A DNA stretch of 63,558 nucleotides, filler included, from Aduncisulcus paluster (Eukaryota), in NCBI GenBank assembly GCA_024181965.1. It is 5 parts of 5 records of this genome, joined end to end, with 100 filler letters (N's around TTAATTAATTAA, not from the genome) between each part and the next. Parts side by side here need not be neighbours in the genome. Positions count along the whole stretch, not along the records: positions 1 to 20,850 come from BQXS01011107.1; 4 more parts are not named here. One strand, 5' to 3'. Position numbers and translations under genes: made by a program. The first letter of the stretch is position 1. Every line of letters starts with the position of its first letter. The notes beneath the pieces were generated by a model. That model did not search any database and was not told the origin of the DNA. It was given only the letters and a program-made list of their open reading frames with translations. This document shows positions 1 to 11,103 of this stretch, in pieces.

Positions 1-189
1 ACTGCAGAGCCTTCCAAGTTGAAGTTGCCTGGCATTGTTCTCCTGATCGTCGGTGGATCCCTTGTTATTGTTTCTGCTTTGTTATTTATGTTCTGTCGTA
101 AGAGGGAAACAAAAGATTGTGTCGAATTGGACAAAGAAATATCCCCTGAGAAACTTGGGAAAACTAAAACCCCTGAACAATCTGTGTAA
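1..189 (+). CDS. 3' end of a single-pass membrane protein (5'-partial)
   Basis: Frame 1 is open from base 1: TAEPSKLKLPGIVLLIVGGSLVIVSALLFMFCRKRETK...EQSV, TAA at 187-189. A hydrophobic stretch followed by a CRKR stop-transfer cluster indicates a C-terminal TM helix. Not in the ORF track. Confidence 0.7.
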   Translation, partial: TAEPSKLKLPGIVLLIVGGSLVIVSALLFMFCRKRETKDCVELDKEISPEKLGKTKTPEQSV

Positions 190-459
190 TGTCTTATCGA
201 GTGAGACAAATTTCTTGAATAACAACCTGTAACATTTGTTCATTTTGTGAGTTTTGAATCTTTCGTATAAGATTCTAAAGCTATAAATCATTCATTCATT
301 TATGTTGGATCTTTTGTACAAAAGTTTTGTATGATCTATCGTTAAAATCATTTGTTGAAGTTCTGTAGTAAAAATTAGGTTTCCATTTCGGGAGGAGGGT
401 CCTATCTCAATATAACTTCTTTGTTTTACTTTTCGTAAGTACCATGTTTTGTTTTAGAT

Positions 460-618
460 TCAATCAGAGCCCTTATTTTTTGGGGTTTGGGATACGGGAG
501 CTCGAGCGACGGGTTGTGTCGAAAGAGACAGACTTGGTGGACATGGAGGAGCAGTGGAAGATACCTCACCGAGTCTTCTGAGAGCAAAAGTTGCAATCTG
601 TTGTCTTTCTTCAGCCAT
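460..618 (-). CDS. Possible small ORF (52 aa, MAEERQQIATF...KGSD), unknown function
   Basis: ATG in AAAAATG context; region is more GC-rich than its flanks; no recognisable motif. Confidence 0.25.
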   Translation of the reverse strand: MAEERQQIATFALRRLGEVSSTAPPCPPSLSLSTQPVARAPVSQTPKNKGSD

Positions 619-918
619 TTTTCTTGATACCAGCACCATTAATAAATGAAAATAACATAAAATACAACTGTTCAATTTTAATATGGTACATACTAAATAA
701 TGTGGTGTCAAAAAGATACTTTAGTGTGCTCGGAAGCTATAAATAGTCGCTAGTTCACTGTTTTGTGTAGTTCATAATTGTTTACCAACAAAGATTTTGA
801 ATATTTTGTGATGTCATCACTGTTCAACAGCAAGTTACTTTCCGTCGGAAGTCTTCCGAAGTGAGAGCTATACCAGAATCATCAGTGATGACACTGTCAA
901 TGGCATTGAATCAACAAC

Positions 919-2040
919 TCAAAATGTTTTACTAATGCATTTCTTCTGTTCTTGAGTGAGTTTATCTGGCATGTTAACTGTCAAATGAACGAACAAATCT
1001 CCATATTGCCTCTCACCATAAAACCCAACATTTTGTTTCACAGGCATTCCTTCTCCTTTAATTATCATCGTTTCTCCCGGTTTAGCAACACCGTCATGGT
1101 GAATTTTAACTATGTGTCTGTCCAAATGAACTATTTCTCGATTGAAACCAAGAAGTGCTTCCTTCAAAGATATTGACATATCGATATGAAGATCATCATC
1201 TTTTCTCTCGAATATCTTGTGATCTCCAACATCAATAATCAAAACAAGATCTCCAGTGTCAGCATCTGGAGCTTCATGACCATCACCAGCATATACAAGC
1301 CTTTCGCCATTCTTTGATCCAGCAGGAACATCGATATTAACAACACGATCAGTCAACATCACAGCATGTCCATGGCATACATGACATGTAGATCTGATCG
1401 TCTTTCCTTTTCCACCACATACAGGACAAGTTTGTTGTTGACGAACTTGCATCATTCCAAGTTGTTGGGTGATTGTAATCACACCAATACCATTGCACTT
1501 ATGACATACAGAAACATCTTGTGGCCTGTCAGCTTTAGTCCCATGACAATGAGGACAAAGACCACGCAGACGAACGGTCACAGTCAAAAGAGCTCCAGAA
1601 TAAACATCTTCAAGGGTAACCATAAGTGGCATAACAGAATCTGGCACTTTTGGTCGCTGTTGTTCCTGATTTTGCATATTGAATAAATCAAAAAGGCCAC
1701 CAAAATTTCCAGGCTCTCTACCAGTTGTTTCATATTGCTCAAGAGCTTCCATACCATATTGATCATAAATATTCCTCTTTTTTTCATCACTCAATACGTC
1801 ATACGCACGTGTAATCTTGGAATAATGATCAGCAGCGTCTGGGCTGGGATTCCTATCAGGATGATATTTCTGACTCAATTTATAATAAGATTTCTTAATT
1901 TCTTTTGCAGTTGAACTCTTATTCACGTTCAAAATGCGATAAAATGAATCGTCATGAGCCTTCACAAAAGGGATAACAATAGACAAAATAATAATAATAG
2001 TTAATAGAATAACAAATTTAGATGATTTAAATGACTTCAT
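919..2040 (-). CDS. ER-luminal type I DnaJ/Hsp40 (Scj1/ERdj3-like)
   Basis: From ATG at 2040: signal peptide (MKSFKSSKFVILLTIIIILSIVIPFVKA), J-domain with HPD, four CxxCxG(xG) zinc motifs, C-terminal substrate-binding domain (GDLVL, SLKEALLGF, GEGMP). Confidence 0.93.
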   Translation of the reverse strand: MKSFKSSKFVILLTIIIILSIVIPFVKAHDDSFYRILNVNKSSTAKEIKKSYYKLSQKYHPDRNPSPDAADHYSKITRAYDVLSDEKKRNIYDQYGMEALEQYETTGREPGNFGGLFDLFNMQNQEQQRPKVPDSVMPLMVTLEDVYSGALLTVTVRLRGLCPHCHGTKADRPQDVSVCHKCNGIGVITITQQLGMMQVRQQQTCPVCGGKGKTIRSTCHVCHGHAVMLTDRVVNIDVPAGSKNGERLVYAGDGHEAPDADTGDLVLIIDVGDHKIFERKDDDLHIDMSISLKEALLGFNREIVHLDRHIVKIHHDGVAKPGETMIIKGEGMPVKQNVGFYGERQYGDLFVHLTVNMPDKLTQEQKKCISKTF

Positions 2041-2519
2041 AATGAGGATGGACTTGTCTGAGCAAACCAGAGAAGACAAAATCGAAAAAATAGATTATCT
2101 GACGCAGTTAGAGGTCAAGGTATTTGGACTTCAATAGAGGAGATTAAACATTGTAATAGTGTTTATCATGAAGTGTTTATTTTCAATTTAACTCTGTATT
2201 CCACAATAATGTCTTAAACTTTGTCTTATACGCCAACGAGTGCTTCTCACTGAACAGTGAATATTGTTCGGAATTTGTTTTGTAATATTTTTTAAAACCC
2301 ATTCTTTCTTAAATTTTTTATTTTAATTGGTCATTTTATTTAAGAATTCGCAGAATAAACTCAAATCACCATGCCAGTCCAATCCTATTGAAAAAATATT
2401 AATTAATGGATTATTTAATGTTATTATTATTGGGATAATTTCAGAAATTAATTTCTATTTTTGGAAGGAGATTTTGTGAGTGCTTTAAACAATCACGGCT
2501 TTTGTCCGCTGATTGAAGT

Positions 2520-3257
2520 ATGTCTTACGATAGAGAAGATCGCCCCCCTCGTGAAGAGAACAAGAAACGTTTATATGTTGGTCAGCTTCCATTTGATCTC
2601 GAAGATGAGTTCTTTGATGAGTTTTTCAAAGATATTTGTCCCAGGTTAGAAGACCGTAAAATGCTCCATGGTTTCGGATTTGTGACTTTTGAAACTGAAG
2701 AACAGGCCGAAGAGGCCATTGCTAAGTTTAACGGAACAGAATATCAGGGTCGTACTCTCGTTTGTGAGTTACCTAAACCTAGACGTCCCCGTAGAGATTT
2801 TGGCGGAGACCGTCGTGGTGGATTCAGAGGCGGAGACCGTCGTGGTGGTTTCGGTGGTGACCGCCGTGGTGGATTTAGAGGTGGAGACAGAGGAGGATAT
2901 GGTGATGACCGTCGTGGTGGTTATGGTGGTGATCGTCGTGGTGGATATGGTGGTGACCGTGACATGAGTACTATCGAATGTTACAAATGTCATGAAACTG
3001 GCCACATGGCTAGAAATTGTCCCAATGTTCAAGATGATGACCGTCGTGGTGGTTATGGTGGTGACCGTCGTGGTGGTGACCGTCGTGGTGGTTACGGTGG
3101 TGATCGTCGTGGTGGATTCAGAGGTGGTGACAGAGGTGGTCGTGGTGGTTACCGCAGGTATTCTCCATATGAAGGTGAGGATCGTAGAGGTGGTGATCGT
3201 GATGAAGTTCACGTTTACCGTCCTTCTGACGATGCTGCTGCTCCAGCCGATGAGTAA
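2520..3257 (+). CDS. RRM + CCHC zinc-knuckle + RGG-repeat RNA-binding protein
   Basis: RNP2 LYVGQL, RNP1 HGFGFVTF, knuckle [14 protein letters not shown], many DRRGG(Y/F)GG repeats. Confidence 0.92.
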   Translation: MSYDREDRPPREENKKRLYVGQLPFDLEDEFFDEFFKDICPRLEDRKMLHGFGFVTFETEEQAEEAIAKFNGTEYQGRTLVCELPKPRRPRRDFGGDRRGGFRGGDRRGGFGGDRRGGFRGGDRGGYGDDRRGGYGGDRRGGYGGDRDMSTIECYKCHETGHMARNCPNVQDDDRRGGYGGDRRGGDRRGGYGGDRRGGFRGGDRGGRGGYRRYSPYEGEDRRGGDRDEVHVYRPSDDAAAPADE

Positions 3258-3520
3258 TTTTTCAAAAATTTGTCCAAATTTTTTCTGAAATATAGGTGTA
3301 TTCCACATCGATTTCAATTCATCAATTATTCGAATTTTCTGACAATAAAACACTCCCCTCTATATATTAGAGTCTCATATTTATGTTCATCCCAATATTC
3401 ACTCCATATAATCCCCTTTTACCCCTCATTTGAGTAAATTTTAATTTGTGCCGGTTTCATTCAATTATATTCAAAACTTTATTTTAAAACATTTATTTTA
3501 TTTCAGCGTAAACAAATATT

Positions 3521-6500
3521 ATGAGCTCAACTCAGCATGATACTCCATATCGTCGATTTGTATCTCCATATTCTGAAAAACGGCAAAAATCAACGCCATC
3601 TTCGATTCAAAATAGTAAGCGAAATATTCTTGAACCTCTAGTTGTCGGAGAATCAAGAAAATCATCAGATATACCCTTATCCCATTCTTCAGCGAAAAGG
3701 GCTTCTCTTATCCCATCCACTCGTGTTTCATTGATTGTAGACATGGGAACATCATCATCGCCATATAAAAAACCAAAATCTGTCCTTCCAAAGAAATCCC
3801 TCGTTCCTACAGAAGGAGATAAACATAAACGAACCAGGCAAATATTACAGACCCCATTATGGAAAAGACAGCAAGATGAAGCAAGTAGGCAACATCGTGC
3901 CTCGATCTTACACTTTGCTGCTTCACTTGTAGCCAAATCTGACAGAGATCCATCACCTCAATATTCCTCAATGACTATGACCACACATGACGATAGTGAG
4001 GTTAAATTATCATCAAATGCAGCATTATCTCCACATACACCCACAAAGCAACCCCCTAATTCGGCTAGATGCCATTCCTCACTTGCACATACTGTTGCCC
4101 ATAGAACATTGCTTCGGAGTGGATCATCCATGTATTTTAGTCCCATAAAACCTCTTCCTGACGATTTATTGGATCATATTCATCATAAAAGTATCCATAA
4201 TAGTGATGTATCTCACAATGAATCTTCGTTGGCAGAGTCAACCGAATCTGAATTAGATGAATTGGAAGAGGATCAAAATGAATTTAACGAAGAAGCTTCA
4301 AAACGGATAAAGAAACGTCGAGATGCCTTTGGAAAGTCTCTATCCCTTCCTCCCGTCGAGTTTGCAGCTGTTTCTCAAAAGAACCAAGTTCCAGTAAGTC
4401 CTGCCACTGACCGTCAAGATTCCTTCCCTCTACCGTCGGCCTCTCCACTCTCACAAGAGTTACATAGTGAACCCAAGTCATCCTCTGTTCGTGCTCTATT
4501 CTCTCCCAATTCCTCAATCAAGAAAGATGCTCGTGGACATACTTCGAATGAGTCACCTGCGGGCATAAGTCCCTCCATACACCACCATGTATCAACATCT
4601 CTCCTTCTTTCTCCCTCTCTAAAGATGTCTCCTGGAGCTATCCTGAAGGAGCACTCGAATATGAGCGAAATGGATGCATATTCACTTGTGTTCGATGAAA
4701 TAATTCAACAAATGGAAAAGTTCTCACATATGTCAGAGGAGCACCGAGTTCGAACAGGTCACGATGCTAACGATACTGAAGTGGGTGCAACGGTCTCATC
4801 GCCAGCTCCTTCTCACATCTCTGTGCAACGAACAGGTCCTCAGAACTCCACTGTGTCATTGTCTGGTCCAGAATCAGATAAAACAAAGCGCAGGAAGTCA
4901 ATATTGAAGAAAAAAATGACTTCTCTTACCATGTCAGAACTCAAATCCATGTCATCTCAGGACTTCAAGGACGAGGATGAATATGACTCATTTTTTTACC
5001 CCCCTGTACCAGAAAGCAAAGAAGGTACAGCTGATCCAGCAAGTGGAGTGCGACACCAGAAATTTGTGGTTGAGAACATTAATTCTGAGCCACGTACTCA
5101 AGAACCCATAACTTATTCCGATGGAAAACGAAGGGCTGAGGAAGTTGGTCAAGCCAGATTGGAGGAGACTCAACAGATGTTAGAGCGCACTGACACGCAA
5201 TCATTGATAAAGATACATAAACCTGCTCCATCCCCTCAAACGATATCATCCTCTTCTGTGCCCATGAGTCCCTCTTCGAACACCATTAATGATGACTTTT
5301 CATATAAAGATTTCTCCATTCTTCTGCGTCGAATCAAATCATTTTACGTGTCTCGATTATGTGGTTTGCCAGATCATATTGCACATCTTGTTCAGCAAAG
5401 AGAAGAAGCTCGAGCTGAAGTGAGACGGCTTAAAAAGAAAGTGAGGGATCTCTTGCTTGGCAATGAGAAGGCTGAAGCCACTGTGAAACAACTCACTGAT
5501 GAATCTCAAGTCCTTGAGTCAAATCTCAAAGAAGTCGGTGATGAGCGAGATTCATTGACTTCTGACAACAAAAGGCTATATAATTTGATTCTTGAGAAAG
5601 ATGATACCCTCTCACGGAACAAAAGAGATATTGCACAGCTTCAAGATGATGTTACAGACCTCCATAGAAAGCTTGAGCGTGTGCTTAGTCAATTGGTTGA
5701 AGTGAGGACATTATACGAAGGAGAGCTTCGTAAAAACACATCTTTAAAAGATGTCGTTGCTTCTCTTCGGAGGGAATTAGATATTGCTGAGACGTCTGCT
5801 CAAAAACTTCAGGATGAAATGGAGAAACAAAAACGTTTATTCCAGATCAAATTGCAGGATGTTGGTGGTGAAAAGGATTATATCACGACACAATACACTC
5901 GTATTGAAAGAAAGCTCAAGGAAACGAAGGCTAAACGAGATGAACTCGAGCAACTCACCACACAACTTGAGGCTGCTCTTACCGATGCAAACGAAGAAAT
6001 TCAAGCGATGGACAAGGACCTCAAGAAACTTGGCGTTGAGAGAGAAGGTTTGGCCCAAAGAATTCTCAAACGTTCGCAGGCTACCGCCATCACTAAACAA
6101 GCAAAGATTAGTCTTGGTAAAGAGGGAATTAATGTAGGTGTACAAACTCCATCAGATTTCATGAAGTCAGATGTTGAGTATCATGTCCAATTACAACTGA
6201 AATCCATTCGAACCCAGCTAGAACAAGCCTCTGCACGTAAAATGAATGAGGAATTATCAGCACGGATGGAGAAGTTGGATCGTGAACATAAAGAAAAGCT
6301 TGATAAAATGGAACGAATCAATACTCAAAACATTAATCTCATCATGTCTTCTGCCTCCCCCCGTGATAGTGCACGACGTGGAAGTTCGAGGCGTGACATT
6401 GGGCGAGGAATGTCTTCTCGGCAATCATCGAGATCCAGATTACACAGGAAATCGTCTGCAATGATAAGCAAGTCCGATAGTATAAGTTTAAAACGTAACT

Positions 6501-9500
6501 CGTCCTCCCAAAGCAGTCTTTCTGGAAAGGGTAAGAACCTTAGCAAGAGTGCCAATGCAAAACTCTCGAAATCCGATAAGAGAGAAGCATACCTGAAATC
6601 GTTGTCTGCTTCAGAGAGAGCAGATTTTCTTGCACGTGAAAAGTCGAAGAAAGAAGAGCGGAAACAAGCAATGTCACAGATGAGCCGCGAGGAAAAGAAG
6701 GAATATCTCCGCAGTCAACGAGAGAAACGTGCAAAGAAGAGACAAGGGCGCAGTCTCCATCACTCCGGTTCATCCTCAAAGCTCAAGAAAGGAGGAAAAG
6801 AGGGCGCATCCTCCGATGGTATTGATGGATCCCCTTCCCAAGTACATCTCGGAACTCCATCGACAATTTCTTCCATCGACAGTTCATGGGAACCCAGCGA
6901 TCTCATGGACTTTAGTGATGAATATGAAATTTCTGAGGAAGTTCACCCTTTCGAAGATGTGGATGGAGACCATACCGACTCCAAGTCAGGTTCAGGAGGG
7001 CCGGATAGTACAACAAAAGATAGTGCTAGGATTGGACAATTGCAAGATATTCAGGCTCAAGGAAATGAGCATCGGGGATCGATTAGTTCAAGTCGTGGCG
7101 ATGATGTCAAGGTTGTTGCCAGAATTGATCTTGCCTTCTCAAAGTCTTCCACATCGACGGGTAATACAGATTCTTCACATAGTTCTAAAACCAGCGCTAG
7201 AAGATCTGCAAGAGATGAACAAGGAAAGGATATCAAATCATTGCAATCTTCTGAATCTGCGAATAAGAAACCAGATGTTAGTGGCGAGGATCATTCAGTT
7301 TCTTCATCGAATGCTCCTTCGACTACTGTCTCGTCTTCCATTCCTCATTCCTCTGCAACTTCTGTTGAACAACCAACAGTGACAACAACAAACATTGATG
7401 GAACAGACGATAATAATGAGGATAGTTTAAGTGGTGAGGAAAGCTCCCTCTCACCCTCTGAATCTAAAGGTTCCAGAAAACCATCAAGCAAACACCATAG
7501 AAACAGAAGGAAACATGCCCACTCAAAGGAACAAAGTGAGGCAGCTAAGGAGAGGGATGATGATGGCGATGAATATTCATATGATGATTTTGAGGATGAG
7601 AGAAGTGTAGATAATGAAGATGCATTCGATTCAACCTCTAAGAAACACAGAAAACACAGAAGACGTGGAAGGAACCATGATCGTTCAAGACGTGCTTCCT
7701 CTTCTTCTTCCTCTCCTTCTTCTCACCACTCCCCCAGTGTTGATTCTAAGGAAGGCAAGAGAAGAAAAAGAGGAGATTCAATATCTTCTGATAAGTTGGA
7801 TGAGTCTTCAAAATCCGTGTCTTCAACAAAGACCAGTGAGATGATCAACCAATTGGAAGAAAGGATAAAACGTGTTCAAAGTGAGAAAAACAATATGGCT
7901 CAGCAGTTGCAAAAGATCAAAACATCGCAAACCACTCAGAAAGATACAAGAAATTGTGGTATCCAATGTGCTTTCCCTTCAACAGGAACAGGATCTTCAC
8001 AGGCTGATCTCACATCAACTTCTAGCGGAGGCTCCTCCTCTTCGTCTCCTTCCCCATTCTCTCTCTCCGATTCTATAGTGTTTCCAGATGCTTCACTAAC
8101 TGTCAAAGCTCCCCCAAGTACCCACAGAGATGGTGTTGATCTATCAACTAAGTCGCTCAACAACAGTGAATCAACGCAACTTTTGCAGGACAAGGCTGCC
8201 GTGGCCTCCGCAGCCGCGAGTGCAGCCAAGGAAGAGGTCAAGATCAATGAGAAGATCGCAAGAGAAGCAAGAAGAGCTGCTGAAGAAGCCAAGAACACTC
8301 TATTTAATACATTATTTAGACTATTTGGAGATTCATTTGATATCTCTCGCTTATTATCACTCATTCACAGTGTTCCAGGTTCTGGTCCCTTATTATACGT
8401 CAAAGAAGGACAGCTTGATATTCGGAAAGAACTCCAAAGTCTTCTCCTCCGCGGATCCTCTGGTTCTCTGCTAAGATCTTCTTCTCAGACAGGTTCCAAC
8501 TTCAACCAGGCAAGTCTTGGCGGGGAAGGTGGGAAACGGAGTCTTGCAGAACAACGCCAAGCCTTTGACACAGATCTATCAAGGTTCGGAGGTTCTCCTT
8601 CATCTAATCTTGATTCTGGTTCCCCTCTACATGGCCAGACAGGACCCAAGTCAGGCGGTGCCATATCCCCCAGTCTGTCTAATTTCCTCCGCCATACCAT
8701 GTCTGACGTGAGTGATGTTCTCCTCGACGATCCTCCAATTCGGAAAGGACTGCTTGACCCAGATTCCCCTGGAAGATCAGGGAGCAACGTGTCCGATGGT
8801 AGCGGTATGATCAGTGATGTTAGTGGTAATGCTGACAAGGAATCAGCGACTCCACTCAGATCTACGATGACGTCTGCCTTGGGCGAAGGAGAGAATGAGT
8901 CTCTGACAGCTGATGATGTTCTGAAACATCGGAGTATCTCTTCATCAAAGAGAGAGAGAGAATCACAGATCATTCCCATCTCACTTCCTTCCCACATGAA
9001 ACACGACTTTGATAGTCTCCACGAAACTGCACGGGAATTGATGTCATTCAAACCATCACTTCCCCGTGAAGATCTTAGGAGGGCTGTCGATAGGCTTGCC
9101 AAGACTACGGCAGCAATTCAAGCCGTTCTTGCTCCTGCCTTCAGCAAATACGATAAACGTCGTTCCAAATCTCGCTCAAGATATTCTTCACTTTATAAAC
9201 ATCGCCCAAACCCATCTCATCGACTTGACGGTACAAGTGACCTTCTTCCTCAAGAAATGAAATCCTCTTCTTTCTCGTTCCCATCTCAAGTCATCATTCG
9301 TGCTTCACAGATAGAAACTCCGATGAAACCTTTGACTCACATGCAGTTGTTTGAGGTTGGATCATTGATCCTTCATCGTTCAAAGGGTCTCCAATGGGAA
9401 AGTGATGATTCGGTTCTTCCTCCCATCCTTCCAAAGCTAAAACTCGAGCAAGGAGACAACCTCCCAGTTGGTTTGGGTTTATTGAAGCGAAAACTCTCAG

Positions 9501-10762
9501 ATATTTCTTCAATTCGGGTTGGTTATGTATTACTTGATAAGATTAAAACAGAGTCAACAGCTCTCCAAGCTTCTGAGACTCCTCCACTCGGTGGGTCTAT
9601 TCCCGCATCCTCCTCCTCTTCTTCGTCTTCCTCTTCCTCGTCTTCCTCCTCTGTTGTTCCCACTCGTGGTGCTTCCTCTGCTGACCTTTCCATGGTTTCT
9701 TCATCCCCTCATGGCCAAGTGTTCGATCTTCTCTCCTCGCTTTACTCTGAGCCCTTGTCAATTGTTCCCTTTGATGAGAATTCCAGTTACATACGAATTC
9801 CCAATAAGGATGTGAGGATCCAATCTCTTGCACATACGACGAGAGAGTGTAGAATGTTGATAAAATCATGGATGGATGAACTAGAAAGAGCGGAAGAAGA
9901 AGGCCAGGTGTTCTCCTGCATGTTTGAATTCCTTGTGGATCACTGTAGGCATTCTTATGGGTTGGTCAAGATTGTCCAGTCTAAATTATGGACCCTAATT
10001 GCTTCATTGCTGTTCTATTGTTCCCGTGATTCCCAAGAATTGCTCTTATTCTCAAAGATGCTATTTGGAGGGCTGAGTCAAGATCAGTCAAACATATTTC
10101 TCTCTATTTATACCGATACCGGTGCTTTGCGCCAATTCACAACCAACCGAAGAGAACTCAAAATGGTTCTTCACAAGCATCTCTTTGTGACGATATCGCA
10201 TGCTCAGGATATTATAATAGAGAAATATAGTCGAACCCACCCTCATTTCGTTGACATTGTCTTGACTTCCCTTGAGAAATCCTTGATAAAACTCAAGTCT
10301 GATGATATGAAATCGGCAGTTGTTATTCCACGTGAGAGCTATCGTTCGTTTGATCAGAATTTGACTGCCAAGGATGCTTTAGTGTCATCGTTAAAGCTGC
10401 GATCAACAAGAAAGACATCCCGTACCCTTTTGAGCACCGAACCACCTCAAGAAGCGTGTGTTGAGTTATTCACATTCTTGCTTATTGTTCTTCGTGCCTT
10501 TGAACAGCATCGAAATGAGTTTACAACAGAAATGAAGAGATTGTTCACTGTTGCCCTGGAGGAAGAAAAGTCAAGAGGTCAGAGTATTGTTAAATATGGG
10601 AAACTTAGCGTGTCTAGGAAAGCAGCCATTGCTGTTCTCGTGTCCATATTCGAGCTTAAAGAAGAATATGCCGAGAAAATAATTCCCAAAGAGCCCGAAC
10701 GTCTTCTGTTTGATGAATTTTGTCTCGTAATCGGAAGGATTCTTATCTCAAGCCAAGAATAG
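3521..10762 (+). CDS. 2413-aa Ser-rich/coiled-coil protein; C-terminal helical domain reminiscent of TSNAXIP1-like flagellar proteins
   Basis: Uninterrupted 7.2-kb ORF; long heptad region (~aa 620-940); C-terminal motif FEFLVDHCRHSYGLVKIV...ELLLFSKML. The family resemblance is from memory only and weak; confidence refers to the CDS. Confidence 0.85.
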   Translation: MSSTQHDTPYRRFVSPYSEKRQKSTPSSIQNSKRNILEPLVVGESRKSSDIPLSHSSAKRASLIPSTRVSLIVDMGTSSSPYKKPKSVLPKKSLVPTEGDKHKRTRQILQTPLWKRQQDEASRQHRASILHFAASLVAKSDRDPSPQYSSMTMTTHDDSEVKLSSNAALSPHTPTKQPPNSARCHSSLAHTVAHRTLLRSGSSMYFSPIKPLPDDLLDHIHHKSIHNSDVSHNESSLAESTESELDELEEDQNEFNEEASKRIKKRRDAFGKSLSLPPVEFAAVSQKNQVPVSPATDRQDSFPLPSASPLSQELHSEPKSSSVRALFSPNSSIKKDARGHTSNESPAGISPSIHHHVSTSLLLSPSLKMSPGAILKEHSNMSEMDAYSLVFDEIIQQMEKFSHMSEEHRVRTGHDANDTEVGATVSSPAPSHISVQRTGPQNSTVSLSGPESDKTKRRKSILKKKMTSLTMSELKSMSSQDFKDEDEYDSFFYPPVPESKEGTADPASGVRHQKFVVENINSEPRTQEPITYSDGKRRAEEVGQARLEETQQMLERTDTQSLIKIHKPAPSPQTISSSSVPMSPSSNTINDDFSYKDFSILLRRIKSFYVSRLCGLPDHIAHLVQQREEARAEVRRLKKKVRDLLLGNEKAEATVKQLTDESQVLESNLKEVGDERDSLTSDNKRLYNLILEKDDTLSRNKRDIAQLQDDVTDLHRKLERVLSQLVEVRTLYEGELRKNTSLKDVVASLRRELDIAETSAQKLQDEMEKQKRLFQIKLQDVGGEKDYITTQYTRIERKLKETKAKRDELEQLTTQLEAALTDANEEIQAMDKDLKKLGVEREGLAQRILKRSQATAITKQAKISLGKEGINVGVQTPSDFMKSDVEYHVQLQLKSIRTQLEQASARKMNEELSARMEKLDREHKEKLDKMERINTQNINLIMSSASPRDSARRGSSRRDIGRGMSSRQSSRSRLHRKSSAMISKSDSISLKRNSSSQSSLSGKGKNLSKSANAKLSKSDKREAYLKSLSASERADFLAREKSKKEERKQAMSQMSREEKKEYLRSQREKRAKKRQGRSLHHSGSSSKLKKGGKEGASSDGIDGSPSQVHLGTPSTISSIDSSWEPSDLMDFSDEYEISEEVHPFEDVDGDHTDSKSGSGGPDSTTKDSARIGQLQDIQAQGNEHRGSISSSRGDDVKVVARIDLAFSKSSTSTGNTDSSHSSKTSARRSARDEQGKDIKSLQSSESANKKPDVSGEDHSVSSSNAPSTTVSSSIPHSSATSVEQPTVTTTNIDGTDDNNEDSLSGEESSLSPSESKGSRKPSSKHHRNRRKHAHSKEQSEAAKERDDDGDEYSYDDFEDERSVDNEDAFDSTSKKHRKHRRRGRNHDRSRRASSSSSSPSSHHSPSVDSKEGKRRKRGDSISSDKLDESSKSVSSTKTSEMINQLEERIKRVQSEKNNMAQQLQKIKTSQTTQKDTRNCGIQCAFPSTGTGSSQADLTSTSSGGSSSSSPSPFSLSDSIVFPDASLTVKAPPSTHRDGVDLSTKSLNNSESTQLLQDKAAVASAAASAAKEEVKINEKIAREARRAAEEAKNTLFNTLFRLFGDSFDISRLLSLIHSVPGSGPLLYVKEGQLDIRKELQSLLLRGSSGSLLRSSSQTGSNFNQASLGGEGGKRSLAEQRQAFDTDLSRFGGSPSSNLDSGSPLHGQTGPKSGGAISPSLSNFLRHTMSDVSDVLLDDPPIRKGLLDPDSPGRSGSNVSDGSGMISDVSGNADKESATPLRSTMTSALGEGENESLTADDVLKHRSISSSKRERESQIIPISLPSHMKHDFDSLHETARELMSFKPSLPREDLRRAVDRLAKTTAAIQAVLAPAFSKYDKRRSKSRSRYSSLYKHRPNPSHRLDGTSDLLPQEMKSSSFSFPSQVIIRASQIETPMKPLTHMQLFEVGSLILHRSKGLQWESDDSVLPPILPKLKLEQGDNLPVGLGLLKRKLSDISSIRVGYVLLDKIKTESTALQASETPPLGGSIPASSSSSSSSSSSSSSSVVPTRGASSADLSMVSSSPHGQVFDLLSSLYSEPLSIVPFDENSSYIRIPNKDVRIQSLAHTTRECRMLIKSWMDELERAEEEGQVFSCMFEFLVDHCRHSYGLVKIVQSKLWTLIASLLFYCSRDSQELLLFSKMLFGGLSQDQSNIFLSIYTDTGALRQFTTNRRELKMVLHKHLFVTISHAQDIIIEKYSRTHPHFVDIVLTSLEKSLIKLKSDDMKSAVVIPRESYRSFDQNLTAKDALVSSLKLRSTRKTSRTLLSTEPPQEACVELFTFLLIVLRAFEQHRNEFTTEMKRLFTVALEEEKSRGQSIVKYGKLSVSRKAAIAVLVSIFELKEEYAEKIIPKEPERLLFDEFCLVIGRILISSQE

Positions 10763-11103
10763 TAGTGAGATAGTATTGTACAGATTCTTCAAAAACATAA
10801 TTTATTTCAAAACATTTCTGTTGATTTTCAAAAGATTAATCTTTAAAGATTATTGATGATTCATTGGTATTATTTTTGAGAATTGATTTAATATCGTATA
10901 TAAACCTTTTCTTTTTCCAATTCTTATTCTTTACAAGGAATTAGAACAGAATATTGTATAGTATAGAACAATGGAGAGAAGGCATTTTCAATAAAATTAA
11001 GGTGGTATATTGTGAGCATTAAAAAATAGATATTGTTCTACTGTACAGTATACAAACTAGCGTTAAATGCACAAATTAGACAAGAATTTAGCTATACACT
11101 GAG

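Noticed and set aside
812..921. SECIS-driven selenocysteine readthrough of the DnaJ TGA
   Set aside because: AUGA and UGAA flank the stem but helix II does not pair; readthrough adds only 16 unremarkable residues before TAG.
2689..3353. Val-rich and Thr-rich overlapping ORFs
   Set aside because: Alternative-frame and antisense shadows of the GGT/CGT repeats in the RGG protein.
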